Source of the DNA: Lama glama | Taxonomy: Eukaryota | Length of the DNA stretch: 64,000 nucleotides | NCBI GenBank assembly: GCA_028534125.1 | Contig: CM052823.1 | Span: 69,254,001 to 69,318,000 of the forward strand | Direction: 5' to 3' | In this document: positions 29,701-42,600 of the stretch, piece by piece | How the letters are laid out: every line of letters starts with the position of its first letter | Numbering within the stretch: the stretch's first letter is position 1 | Notes under the pieces: generated by a model | What the model was told of the DNA's origin: nothing | What the model saw: only the letters and a program-made list of their open reading frames with translations | The model's database searches: none | Translations under genes and position numbers: made by a program

Positions 29701-32700
29701 GAAGGCCCAGGTGACCAAGAGCAAGCTGGGCGTGCTGGCCCCCAGGCAGCTGCAGCGGTATCGGGAGGAGCTGGCTGAGCGTGCCCGCCTGGGCTACCCG
29801 AACTGCTTCACCAACCTGTGGGCCCTCATCAACGAGGCACTGTTGCACGGCGAGGTGCGGGGAGGGGTGTGGCTGGGGAGGTGATTAGGGCGGGGAGTTG
29901 TTGGGGGGCGGGTGATGGGGGGTGGCCGGCCACCAAAGGGCCAGGTCCAGGGCTGGAGAGCAGCCTTGGGCATCGGGGGTGGAAAAAGCCCTGGGAAGCC
30001 ATGGCTTTTGGTTCAAATTATCTTCCCCTAGCCCCATGACCACAAACTCTCAGACCAGCGGGAGGCCCTAAGTCGTGGCCAGAACCCTCTGCCCATCTAC
30101 TGTGCTCTCAACACCAAGGAACGGAACCTGACTACCTTTGAATTTGGGGGTAAGTAGCCCCAGAGCTGAGGCCCGTGCTCTTGCAGTTGGCAGGATGAGA
30201 GGTAGCTGGGCCTGTGTATGAAAGTGGGCGTCACACCTAGCACTTCTGGGCCTGGCCCCATGCTTTCCAGAGCCTGTCATCCTACTGGAGTCACTCAGCT
30301 TTGGGATGGGGCCAAGGGCCGTAGGTCCAACACTCAGGGTGCCAGCAACAAGGCTGAGCCTCCTGGTCACCAGGCTGCCTGTCACGAGGCCTGTGGTGGG
30401 TGCATTGGTGCCCAGGGTCCTCAGGTTCTGGGCCCCACGGTGAGTCCGTGTGGCCTCTTCACAGAGTGGTGCGAGTTCTCCCCCTACGAGGTCGGCTTTC
30501 CCAAGTACGGTGCCTTCATCCCCGCTGAGCTCTTTGGCTCCGAGTTCTTCATGGGGCGCCTGACAAAGCAGCTTCCTGAGTCCCGCATCTGCTTCCTGGA
30601 AGGTGAGGGGTCTGGGAGGCTGGGGAAGCTGGGGTAGCGGGGAGAATGGGCCTGAGTGGAATGGTGGGCTCTGCCTTCCCAGCTCAGTCCCTGGGTGGGT
30701 TGGGGGAGGGTCAGGTTGCAACAAAGTGGGGGACTCTCCCACTCGTGTCTCCTTCTCAGGTATCTGGAGCAACCTGTATGCAGCCAACCTCCAGGACAGC
30801 TTATATTGGTCCTCAGAGCCCAGCCAGTTCTGGGACCGCTGGGCACAGGATCAGGCCAGCCTGGGTAGGTGTCCAGGCTCCCTCACCTGGATGGGAGAGG
30901 CAGCGAGTGGAGCTGTATTTGGGGAGGAGGGGGATCTCAGGCCTTTGGGAGTCCATAGAGGCCAGACTAAAGGTCCAGGGATCCCTGTTCCTCCTTCTTG
31001 ACTGCAGACAAGGAGCAGGTTCCCCTTCTGAAGATAGAAGAACCTCCCACAGTGGCTGGCAGGATAGCTGAGTTTTTCACTGACCTTCTGACGCGGCGTC
31101 CACTTGCCCAGGCCACCCACAATTTCCTGCATGGCCTCTCTTTCCACAAGGACTATTTCCACCATCCTCACTTCTCTTCCTGGAAAGGTGTCTGCTTTTC
31201 TCTTCCTGGTCCCAGCTCTTCAAAGTCTTCCCATGGTCGCCTGAGCCTTGGGTCCCTGGTCCAGACATGTGCACTCTCCAACCCCTCAGCCCCAAGCCCT
31301 TTGAGCTCAGTTCCCTGGGTTGCTTGGAGCTGGAACCCTTTTTACTCTCCTTATGTTGGGGTCAGGGCCCATCCGTGAGACCTCAGGAATTGAGGTGCTG
31401 CTTTGGCAGGATTGAGCAGGAGCTGGAGGGCAGGGCCTTCTTCCCTCAGCAGCAAGGAGCTGGTGTTAGGCTGGAGGGGGCTGGTGCTCAGCACCAGTGA
31501 CAGCTGCTCTCCACCCGACCCCCTACCTTTCCAGCCGCCAAGCTGGATGGCCTCCCCAATGAGCTGACACCTGCAGAGCCCTACCTTTGCCTGCTGGATG
31601 TTGGCTACCTTGTCAACACCAGCTGCCCACCCCTCCTGCGGCCCACACGGGACGTGGACCTCATCCTGTCACTGGACTACAACCTCCATGGAGCCTTTCA
31701 GGTGGGCTGGGGGCAGGCTTGGGAGGTGGGGGGCAATCCAGAAGCATCCCGACTCCTGCCTCTGGATAGATTTGCTTAGGAGTCCGGTTTCTGGGCCAGC
31801 TTCCCTTGGGGGCTGTGACACGACCCTGTGAACGGAAGGCTGTGGAATCTGAACTCACCACCAGGGGAGTAGTGATGGGGAAGCTGGCAGTGCTTTAAAA
31901 TGTATCCTGTCTGGGTCTGCTTTGCTATCTCTGCACCCCGTTTGGTCCTGGACCTCTAGAACTCCTTGCTTTGAGTTTCTGCTGGCCCAATGAAGATTTT
32001 TGTCTCCCAACTGCAGAACCTGGGGTTTGTTAGCAGCCCAGCTTGGTTGAGCCCAGAGGAGCTGCTGTAGACAGGCTACAAGGTTTAGAGCATTTTTTTA
32101 AGTCAAGTCTGGCCTGTTGGGTCCACGAGAGTCTGACTTGGCATCTGGGCACTCAGTTCCATGTCTTAGTGGCTCTCCATGTTCCATCAGCGCAGCGTGG
32201 AGGACACAGGAGCCCATGCAGGCCCATCTCACTGACACCGCCTCTGTTCGCCCTGCAGCAGCTGCAGCTCCTGGGCCAGTTCTGCCAGGAGCAGGGCATC
32301 CCGTTCCCACCCGTCTCGCCCAGCCCAGAGGAGCAGTGCCAGCCCCGGGAGTGCCACCTCTTCTCTGACCCTGCCTGCCCCGATGCCCCCGCCGTGCTGC
32401 ACTTCCCGCTGGTCAATGCCTCGTTCCGGGAGCACTCGGCCCCTGGTGAGTCACTGTCCCCCACCCCCCGCCCCCAGCGGTTGCGCCCATGCCCAGGCTG
32501 CATTCTCTCCACAGGGGTCCGGCGGACAGCCGAGGAACAGGAGGCCGGGGAGGTGAACCTGTCTTCATCCGACTCCCCCTACCACTACTCGAAGGTGACC
32601 TACAGCCAGGAGGATGCAGACAAGCTGCTCCGCCTGACGCATTACAACATCTGCAACAACCAGGAGCGGCTGCTGGAGGCCCTGCGTGAGGCCGTGCAGC

Positions 32701-32735
32701 GGCGGAGGCAGCGCCTGCGGTGCCGGCCCGAGTGA
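23753..32735 (+). CDS. PLA2G4B: Cytosolic phospholipase A2 beta (group IVB): C2 domain plus catalytic domain, 783 aa
   Basis: Exons 23753-23761 (MAL), 24959-25031, 25316-25452, 25580-25711, 25928-25968, 26134-26173, 26433-26487, 26767-26897, 27153-27236, 27538-27575, 28369-28504, 29228-29364, 29632-29854, 30032-30149, 30465-30602, 30760-30864, 31008-31187, 31535-31701, 32259-32445, 32515-32735 total 2352 nt, all GT-AG. Motifs GGGIRA, lipase GASGS, catalytic Asp in CLLDVG, C2 SDCYV/VFDQD. Confidence 0.98.
24590..24760 (+). mobile_element. MIR SINE in PLA2G4B intron 1
   Basis: tctgtgcctc ... catagggtggttgtgtgattaaactga. Confidence 0.55.
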
Positions 32736-33689
32736 TGGGCGGGGAGGCTGCTGTGCCCTGGCCTGCGGCTCTAGCCTGGCCCCCATGGCCCCTGATTCGT
32801 TTTTAAGGCTCACTCTCCGGCCGCCTTGCTTCTCCAGTTGAGTCGGGGTGGAGACCATCATCGACAAGTTCCAGAGCTGCTGGGGGTTTGGACGGCACAT
32901 TTGTGGTACCCGGCACCACAGCCACGGCCCTGAAGCCGACACCCTTGGGTAGGGCGAGGGTCTTAAACAGGGGCTGGACTCTCTCTCCTCAGGTTTTGGT
33001 CTCCATGCTGTGGCCAGAGAAAATGCAGAGATTCTGTGGCAGCGGGGGGAGAGTGGGGCAGGATTGGCCATATTTGTAAGAGCACAAAGGCCAGGGCCTG
33101 TGTGTGCTTTCCCTTCCTGGCTACCTTGAGTAGCTGTGCAGAGTGAAATAGAGCATTTCTTGTATTACAGAGGCTCACACAACCACGAGGCGTTATGGAG
33201 ATTACTGTTACTGCTGCCAAGAGGGACATGTATCATTCCAGGCTCTTGGTTACACATGCTGAGAACTGGTTTAGAAAACAAAACATCTCTGGCAACTTAC
33301 AGAGCTGGCAAGTCAGCTTGGTTGGGCTTCCCCAGGACTGCCGTGTCTGCTCCACTCAGGCCAGAGAGGAAGCCAGTTCGGGCTGGTGGCCTTGCGTCTG
33401 CAGGCCTAGCTCTGCTCCGGGGAGCAGACTCACAGGCCATGACGGCCATCACTCCTGTCCTCCTCACCCAGGGACTCAAAGGGCTGCTGCCTGTCTCATG
33501 GTAGGGGTGTCCAGACCTGGGGCCAGAGGAGCCAAGGAAAGAGGCCAGTGATAACTTTGTGACTTCAGCAAGCTGTGACATTGATGGGGCCTGTCTTCTA
33601 ACAGGGAACTGTCTATTCCAGAAGTTGGTCCTGAGGGGCCTGGTAGCTGAGTCTCCTGGTCCCCTCAAGGGTGTCCTCACTTGCAGCCC

Positions 33690-36600
33690 TCAGGTTTGGT
33701 GCCACAGGGTTTTTGCTTCGGGGCCCAACCTGTTGGGAAAATAGGGAGGTGGAGTGAATTTACGGCATAGCTGCTCCAGAATCTTCTAGTACTGGTGCCC
33801 TAAGCCTCCCTTGGAAAACCGCACCTGCTCCTACCATTGATGTGGGATGAGGACGCTGGGAGCTGAGAGGCACAAGTGGCCGTTACATGTGGGATGGATG
33901 GGAGATGATTGGGTCTCATGACCCCACTCACTGCATGTGTCTGCCCCGGGCATGTGGCTAGACTCTGAGCAGAATGAATGGCAGCCCTGATAACCTTAGA
34001 AGCCACTGTATCCAGGACAAGGCCTGTTCACGGAACAGCACATCATCTGAATCATAAATCGGAGCCTGTGGTCCTGCAGGAGCAGGTGGACAGTTACACC
34101 AGAGACCACAGCTGTGGCTGCGACCCGTTTTGATGTGAGTGCTCCCTCAGGTACGGGCCCGTGTGTGTGTCTCTGCGCACATCGGTGTCTGTATGTCTGT
34201 TGTGCGTGTGTGCCTCGGTGACATCCACTCCCGGCCTGTCTGGGACAGTAAGGCTCCCTTCCCCCTTGGAGCAGGGACCTGGTCCTTGGACTGGGGAAAG
34301 CACAGGAGGATGGAGGCAAGGGTGCAAGAGGGGTCTAGCTGTCCTGTCAGCAGTGCCCCATCTTGAAGAGGAAGGAGTGGAGGAGGCCGAGGAGGGAGGT
34401 GTGTGGGGCCCCGGGCAGGCTTCCTGGCATGTGCCCTTGCCGTGGTCTGGCCTGGGTGGGACAGCCGCTAGGAGCCTGGTGCACTTTCCTTTACGGGGCC
34501 AGCCACCTGCGGGAGCTCCTCGGGCTGCAGGTGGCTGTCAGTGCACACGGGCATCTCCCTCAGTGAGGAGGGCAAGGGACAGCCATGGAATCTGTGGGGA
34601 AAGGGAGCCTCAGGGTCCGGACTCCGTTGCCTCTGCTGAGAGTCGGGGTGGAGGTTGGCCCCACACCGTCCAGCGTAGGTCTGGGTCCTGGGACCTTGGG
34701 CTTAGGAGGGCAGCGTCTGTGCCTGTCGTGGGGGCTCAGGACTCCCACCCACACACCCGGGTGCCCTACCTGAGCGGAGCGGCCGTGCTGGGGCCCCTCG
34801 CAGCAGCCTGCTCAGCCGGGAAGCCCAGGGGTCCGGCTCGAAGTTCTGGGCTCAGACTAGGGGCTGCAGAGCAAAGAAGAACACAGTCATCCTGGGCTGT
34901 ATGCTCAGCTGCAGCCTCCCTGCCACGGCCTCAGTGTTCATGTCCTCCTCAACCTCATATGTTGAAATCCTAACCCCAAGGTGATGGTATTAGGAGGAGA
35001 GGCCTTCAGGAGGTGATCTGGTCCTGAGGGTGGAGCCCTTATAAAAGAGACCTCAGAGAGCAGCCTCCCCCCTTCCACCCTGCAAGGACACAGCAAGAAG
35101 GCGACATCTGCAGCCTGCAGGAGGGCACTTACCAGACACCCAGCCTGCCGGCGCCTTGTCCTTGGACTTCTCAACGTCCAGAACTGTGAGAAATAAACAT
35201 CTGTGGTCCTTAACCTACCCAGCCTGTGGTCTACTTGTTGCCTCAGCCCAAACAGACTAAGAGGCACCCAGAGGCACACACCAAGCCTCGCCCCCGATGA
35301 GGGGTGCAGCCCAGGCGGGGCACACAGGGCAGGCTCCCCCAGTGCACCCGGCCTCCTGGGAGACGGAATGCTGATGGTCCCGGAAAGGCTTAGCCTGGAG
35401 GAGATTCTAAAGAAACTCGGTTCTCTTTGGGATTCTGGAAGGACAGCCTCAGGGAGCTCCCAGGGGAACAAACTGACGCATAGAGCCAGCAACCCAGAGG
35501 GACTCCTGGGTGGGGCCCCTGAACACTCTCCACTTGGAGCCTGTCAGACCACAATGACAAGGGGCTTTTGGTCTAGGGGGTGCTGGGGTGCGTTCTGTGT
35601 TTCCCTCCTGGTAGAACTGGGCTTGGCTACTGTCTACAAGATACCCCCAAGGGAGGTGCATTCAGAGCTGTTTTAAGACTAGAAGGTTAGAAAAGGCCTC
35701 AGCCAGACAGAGCAGAGCCTGGGGAAGCCCACAAGGATCCTTGAAGGAAGGGCTCAGGGGAGGCAGACTCCAAAATGGGTGAAACAGAACTAGGAGGCAG
35801 CCAGGGGGTCGAGCCTGGCCTCACCTCTGCTACTAATTTAGCTTTGTGATCTTTAGTTAGTTGCTTACCCTCTCTGAGCCTTAAATTGAGAAAAGACAAG
35901 TCCTGTTTACCTCTCAGACTACAGAAGTACCAGATACGAAACTTCTGAGGATGCGTTAAACACCAGCAGCTTGGGGCCCAGGGAATCAAAGCCCCCTGCG
36001 CCCCCCAGGCTTCCCCTGGAGCCTACCTGCCATGCTGCTCAGGGCGTGATGCTGGCTTTCAGCCTGCCCTTCAGATGGTGCTGCAAACAGGGTCTCCATC
36101 CCAGACAGCCTGCCACCCAGACAGCCATAGGTCAAAGCCTGCCTCCCAGGCAGAGGACCCTGCCTCCAGCCCCTTCAGCTGCTCTGGGGAGGCCATGCCA
36201 GCTGAGTTAGCATGTCTGGGGGCCAGCATCTCTCTCCTGACTCGGCCCTCACCTTAAGGAGGTGTCTTTTCCATCATAGTGGTCCCTTGGCCTCTCACAC
36301 TGGGCTTCTGTGAGGTCGAAGGAGGCTGTGGAAGCCACGTTCTGAGGAGAGATGAGAGGCAGGGGTTACCACGGCCATCCCTGCTTTCCCCTGTGGGGCC
36401 TCTGTCCTGTGCCCGTCCGCCCACTGCCTGGTACCTCTGCCACCGCCCTCTCATCCCAGGACAGGCTCCGGCAGCTGTCCCCCAAGGCCCCATGGCAGCT
36501 GTGCCGGCGGCTCAAGCTGGGCTGTGGAGAGAAGGCGGTGAGGCCACACCAGCCTTGTTAAGGCCTGTGTCTACAGAGGCTCCCAGGGCAGGTGCTAGGC

Positions 36601-39600
36601 TGGACCAAGGAGCCCACGGGGAAGCGGGAGCCAAGGAGCGACTTCCAGGGAACCCAGGAGGAGGAAGGGGGCCCACCCCGTCCTGGGTGAGGGCAGAAGC
36701 TGTGAAGTGGCCCCAGGGAGCCAGACTGTTGTGGCGGGGAGCGTGTCCACCACAACGCCAGGGNNNNNNNNNNNNNNNNNNNNNNNNNNNNNNNNNNNNN
36801 NNNNNNNNNNNNNNNNNNNNNNNNNNNNNNNNNNNNNNNNNNNNNNNNNNNNNNNNNNNNNNNNNNNNNNNNNNNNNNNNNNNNNNNNNNNNNNNNNNNN
36901 NNNNNNNNNNNNNNNNNNNNNNNNNNNNNNNNNNNNNNNNNNNNNNNNNNNNNNNNNNNNNNNNNNNNNNNNNNNNNNNNNNNNNNNNNNNNNNNNNNNN
37001 NNNNNNNNNNNNNNNNNNNNNNNNNNNNNNNNNNNNNNNNNNNNNNNNNNNNNNNNNNNNNNNNNNNNNNNNNNNNNNNNNNNNNNNNNNNNNNNNNNNN
37101 NNNNNNNNNNNNNNNNNNNNNNNNNNNNNNNNNNNNNNNNNNNNNNNNNNNNNNNNNNNNNNNNNNNNNNNNNNNNNNNNNNNNNNNNNNNNNNNNNNNN
37201 NNNNNNNNNNNNNNNNNNNNNNNNNNNNNNNNNNNNNNNNNNNNNNNNNNNNNNNNNNNNNNNGCCCTTCCAGCTCCTGCAGACACTGGGTCACCTGGTG
37301 GGAGGGCGCCGTGGGTGGGATGCTCAGCCAGAGCGCCCGTTAGGGCGGGGCTAGAGTGCCCAGGAGAGGTGTCGGGGAAGACCCTGAGGCCTGGACCGTC
37401 CTCTTCTCTGCCCTCTCTCCCCACCTCTTTCCTGGCTTTCCCCTTCTGCTGGGGGTTCCGAAGCCCTGGGTAACTGGGCTCTGTGCCCAGCTCAGCCCCA
37501 GACTCATCTCAGTGCTCATACTTCCAAGGACATGAAGTGGCTATTGTCCACCAGCTGCTGCCCTTCCTGCCGTACATTCTGGGCTTGAAGGCAGTGCTCC
37601 TTGATGTCTCGCCCCAGCTCCTCATGCTGCTCCAGGAGCTGCTCAGCTCTAGTCACATCCCCAGCCAGCTCCTCTGAAGACACCATCACCTGCTTCTCCT
37701 GAGCCCATGCTCTGTGGGCAGGGAGTGGAAGCTGCTATCAGGGCCAGGAGCCCTGTGGGGTGGGGAGGGGGGTGGAGCAGGGCAGGAGCTGCACAAGGGG
37801 CTGAGGACTGTAGCTCCCCAGAGAGCTGGGGTGACCCTGCAGGGGAGAGCTAAGCCAACAGCCGGGGAGGACCCACTTACAGCAGTTCCCGACAGCGTCC
37901 GAGGAAGGCGTGGCCCTGGGCAGCCTGTTCCAGCTGCTGACCCCGCTCCTGGGCCTTCACATTCAGGCTGGCCCAGGCTTTCTGCACCTCAGCCAGCTGC
38001 TTGGCCAGGCCCTCCTGAGCCTCGGGGTGTAGCTGGCCCAGCCGGCAGGCCTCAGTTGGCACCTGTGCCACCTCCTTCTCCACGGCTGTCAGTTCCCTCT
38101 GCCGCCAGAACACATGATCAGGCCTCACCCCCCGGCACCTGATGCCTGCTCCTCTTCAGGGAGCACCCAGTCCCTCTGGGGAGCTGGTTCTGCTTCCAGA
38201 CTGCTCCACAACCTGGGAGGCAGGCCCTCCCGTCCCCCCGCCTTCAGGGAGGGGCTGAGACGGGCAGGCCGTGGCATGTGGATCCTCACCTCCAGGCATC
38301 TGTGCTGTTGCTGCAGGGTCTGCACCGACGACAGGCTGTGGCCACAGGCATCTCCTGCCATCAGGCTGGCCTTCTCCTGCATCCAGCCCCGGAGCTCGGC
38401 TGCCACCTGCTCAAAGCCGCGGACCTCCCGGGCTGCAGCCAGGTTCTGGGAGAGAAGGGAGGGCCTGCTCTGGCCACGGTCCTCTCTTCCTGGAGACATG
38501 GCCTCCTGGGCTACCTCCTTTTATTTTTTCCTTATTTTTCAAAATTGTTTACTTATTTTTAAATTAAAGTATAGTTGGTGTACAATATTATATAGGTTAT
38601 AGGTGTACAATGTAGTAGTTTACAATTTATAAAGGTTATACTCCATTTATACTTATTATAAAATATTGGCTATTTCTCAGTGTTGTGCAGTATATACTTG
38701 TAGCTTATTTTGTACCTAATAGTTTGTACCTCTCAGTCCCTCACCCGTGTCTTGCCCCTCTTCCCTTCCCTCTCCCCCTGGTAACCAACAAGTCCACGGG
38801 GATTGGTGACTCTTCCATGAGCACCAGGTGCAGAAAATGTCCTAGATGTGGCAGCCACTCAGTGAATGTGTGATGTTGCTGATGACACGTGGTGGGGCCC
38901 CAGGGGACATTCTGTGAGGAGAGGGTCTTCAGTGCATACTTATGAGGAAGGCAGAGGTGGAGACTCGGAAGCAGGCGGGAATGGGTCCATGTGAGGGAGG
39001 AAGTTGGTTTGGGGGATCTGGTTGAGGAGAAGAGGGTCTGCTCAGGAGGCTGCCCAGTCAGGACTCTCAGAGACAGCCTCCCTGGGCTGCAGGCTCTGGC
39101 AGGGGCTCAGGGATCTGGGCTGCTTTTCTAGAAACAGCTCTGGCTGAGAGCTAAGGTGATAGGGGAACACTGAGGATTTCCTTGGCGTACAGATCCACTC
39201 AGAGCATGAGGATGAGACCTCACCCAGTGAGCTTGTGTGGTGAAGGAGACACCAAAGAGGCATGTGTCTTAATGAAACTGAAGCCTGCTTCAGTTTAGCT
39301 GGGGGTTTAGAGGGGGTCAGATGTTGGCCAGACATGCTCTTTCTCCCTGGAGGTGTCAACTGCACAAGGAGGAAACCAAGTTGGTACAAAGACTCAGAGG
39401 GGGCTGGAGGTGGAAGATTTTGAGCCTCTTGATCTGCTTGGCACTGGGAGTTAGAGGCAGACACCTCCCTCCACTCACCCACCCACACCCAAACCCAAAT
39501 GAACTGGTGGGTCTGCTGTCCCTGGCCCAGACAGAAGGCACAGATGTCCCCACCCCTCGGCTGCCCCTGGTCTGGTCTGGAGGCACCCACCTGTGTGCGG

Positions 39601-42600
39601 GCTTTCAGTGCCCTGTCCAGCCTCTCCCAAGTGGCCTCGACGCGGCTCCGGTGCACTTGAATCTGGGGAGAGCACCTGGGGGCTGCTCGTTCCAAGGAGC
39701 CTGCCCGCTCCCGCAAGGCCTGCACCCTGGCCTGCCCCAGGCTCTGGACTTCCTTTCTGAAAGCATCAAACTTCTGTTCCAGCACCTGCAGGGTGTAGGG
39801 CCAGGGAGGGTCACTCTGGAGGTGTGGTATCCTGCAGCTCCCAACGCTGACGAAGGGCTTGGCAGAATCGGCCACTTTTGACGTCCTGAGGCCCTGCCTC
39901 AAGAACTGCAGGGATCTGCCCAGAGGCCCCCACTTCCCATCTGCTCCCCCCTCACCCTCCCTCTTTGCCCTTGTGATCCACTGTCCTCCAGGTTCACTCA
40001 GGAGTGACTCACCTTGACGGCCTCCAGGTCCTGCCCATAGTCCTGGGACTCAGCAGAGGCCACTTTGCTGGCCAGCCAGGCGTCCAGGAGCAGGGCTTCC
40101 CGCTCCAGTTGGTGGAGCTGCAGCTGCTCCCGCAGGCCTTGCCCCCTGCACTCTGCTCTCTGCAGCAGCCCCGAGTGGGCCTCCCTCACTGCGCGCATCT
40201 GGGCAAGCACCTTAGGGCTGCGGCAGGAAGGACAACCCATTAGAGCGCTTCCTCTCCAGGCTAGATCAGCCTTCTGCCTCTGTAGGGACGGGAGGGGCCC
40301 TGCCTCTCCTCCCTATTTGGTCCTGGCAACGACCCACCTTTCTGAGTTCGGCCTGCTCTCAAGGAGGGCAGCTCTCTGCTGCAGCCTCTCGATGCGAGGA
40401 CTGAATGCCTCCAACTTTCTCCTGGTGGTGTCCAGCCTCCGCAGAAAGGCTTGAGTGGCCTCGGCACTCTGGCCCATCTCCTCCGTGTCCAGGACACAGC
40501 CCTGCTCTTCCAGCCAGGATTCTGCCTCCAGGAGCTGGGGTGACAAAGGGGACAGTTTTCCCTGGGTGATACCCTCCAGGGCTCTCAACTTTGAGTTCAT
40601 GACCTTGAGATTTAGAGCAGTGAGTGGTTCTCAGCCTGGCTGACTGGGATCACCTGAGAGCCTCAACAACTCCCTATGCCTGGCTCTCCCCCCATAAGAT
40701 TCTGATCTGGTCTGGAAGGGAGCCTGGGTAGCAATCAGCATTTCTCCAGGGTTCCAGGTAATTCTCACGTAAAGCATTGACTAAGAATCACTGGTTTAGA
40801 AGAAACAGCAAAGCAAAACCAACCCAAATCCGGGGGGCTGTTTTCTGGGAAACAAGCTGAAGGAAACGACTCAGTGGGGGTGACAGAAAACACACAGAGA
40901 GCCTGGAGCCCCAGCCGGGGGTTACCCTCCAGGCCTGCCTACACCTTGGGTGTTCTCCTGCCCGGCCCCACCTCACCCCTCACCTCTGTCAGGAACTGCT
41001 GGGCCTCCTGAGCCTCCTGCAGCCTCCGCCGCCTCTGTGCAGCCTCTGCCCGCAGGCGGCCCACGGCATCCTCCAGCTGCTGCACCCGGGCAGCCACGTC
41101 GCGGGCGGCAAAGTGCCCAGCCTGCACCAGCTTGCGCCCTGTGCCCAGCACCGCCTGGGTCAGAGCCTCATGGCTGCTCATCTCACTCTCCAGGTTCTGC
41201 AGAGACAGGACCGGGGATGCTCCTGGGTGCTCCTCAGGGGACCCAGAGCTGTGTTTGAAACCTCGTGGGATCCCACAGACGTCCCCAAAGAGAACCTTGT
41301 CCTTGTGACCAGCAAAGAATCTAAGGCCCCAAAAGCCTTTTGGAGGCAGGAAGCTCCCAGCACCAGTGGCGGATGGAGGATGGCCCCACCCTTCCTAACG
41401 GGCCCACACCTGGTGCTTCTCTTGCAGGTGCCGCACGGTGCTCAGGCTCTGGCCGCAGTCTCGTGAGGCAGCCAGGGGCAGCTTCTCCCGCACCCAGGCC
41501 AGCTCCTCATCAGCGTCCCTGAAGAACTGCAGGAGGAGGCTCCGGGCCTCCAGGGCTGTCCTGCGCTCCCGCAGGGGCTCCCTCAGGCCCTCGAACCTGC
41601 AGCAGTGGAGGGCGGGACCAGGGTGGGGGACCCTGGTCGTCACTATGATGGCCAGACTGTGACCCACCCTGTGCCCCTCATCATGGGCTGGCTGGGGGAG
41701 GCCCTGGGGAGATGAGTGAGGGGCAGGGAGGAGGGATGGATCTACCTCTGAAGCAGCCGCTGGAACTGCTCTTCTAAGTCTTGGGTGAGGCTGGGGCTTT
41801 CCCGCACAAAGGCCTGGGCCTGGCCCAGCAGGGCCTGTGCCCGACCGGCCTGCCTGTCCACTGCTGCCTCCAGCTCTCCCTGTGCCCCTAGGAGCTCGTC
41901 CAGCCCAGGCTGGTCCAGGCCCCCGATGGGGGCCCTCAGCTTGACCTCCACGGGCTCCAGCCAGCTCTCCAGTTCCTCCACACTCCGCCGCAGACGCTGG
42001 GCCTGAGGCAGAATGTGAGGTGGGGGCACGCAGGAGAGAGGCCTAGAGCTGCATCTAGCCTGCTCTGTAGCCCACAACCTCACCTCACAGGTCTCCTGTA
42101 GCTTGACTGCCTTCCTCTGGCAGTTGGCCTGCAGCTCCTCCCAAAGCTTTCTCAGCTCCTGCAGGTGCTCCTGGATGGTCTCTGAGGCCGGGTGGCCTTC
42201 CTGCAGCAGCCTCTGCCCCTCCTATAGTCACAACATGGCACACACCTCATGGAGTCAGGACTGCTGGTATCAGGGCCCTTGTGTTGGCTCCAACTATCAG
42301 CCCCATGGCTGCAGTCTGTGTGCTAGCTGTGTGATTCTCAGGCAAGTTCCTTAACCTCTCTGAGCTCATTTTTCTTAGCCACATAATGGAGACAATAGTG
42401 GTTATTTTGTTTAAACGAGAGAAAACATTTCAAATACTTATATTAGACTGAGGGGGCCTGGGGTCAGGGCCTACCCTTTGTAGGTGGAAGAGGGTAAATA
42501 AAAAAGGTGCTGTACTTTGACTCCTGCACCCACAGGACTTCTGGCTGGGCCCTGACTCTCCTCTGTCTTTCCAAGAGAGTTTTCAAAACCATCACATCAA

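Noticed and set aside
30068-30787. 239-aa minus-strand ORF
   Set aside because: Antisense to PLA2G4B exons 14-16; no independent gene signals.
34161-34973. 270-aa plus-strand ORF in the SPTBN5 3' introns
   Set aside because: Non-ATG start in a (TG)n-like tract, low-complexity composition, ends inside an MLT1 LTR.
36279-37424. Long ORFs of 215-354 aa
   Set aside because: Artefacts of translating through the 500-N gap; the same applies to ORFs over the other two gaps.
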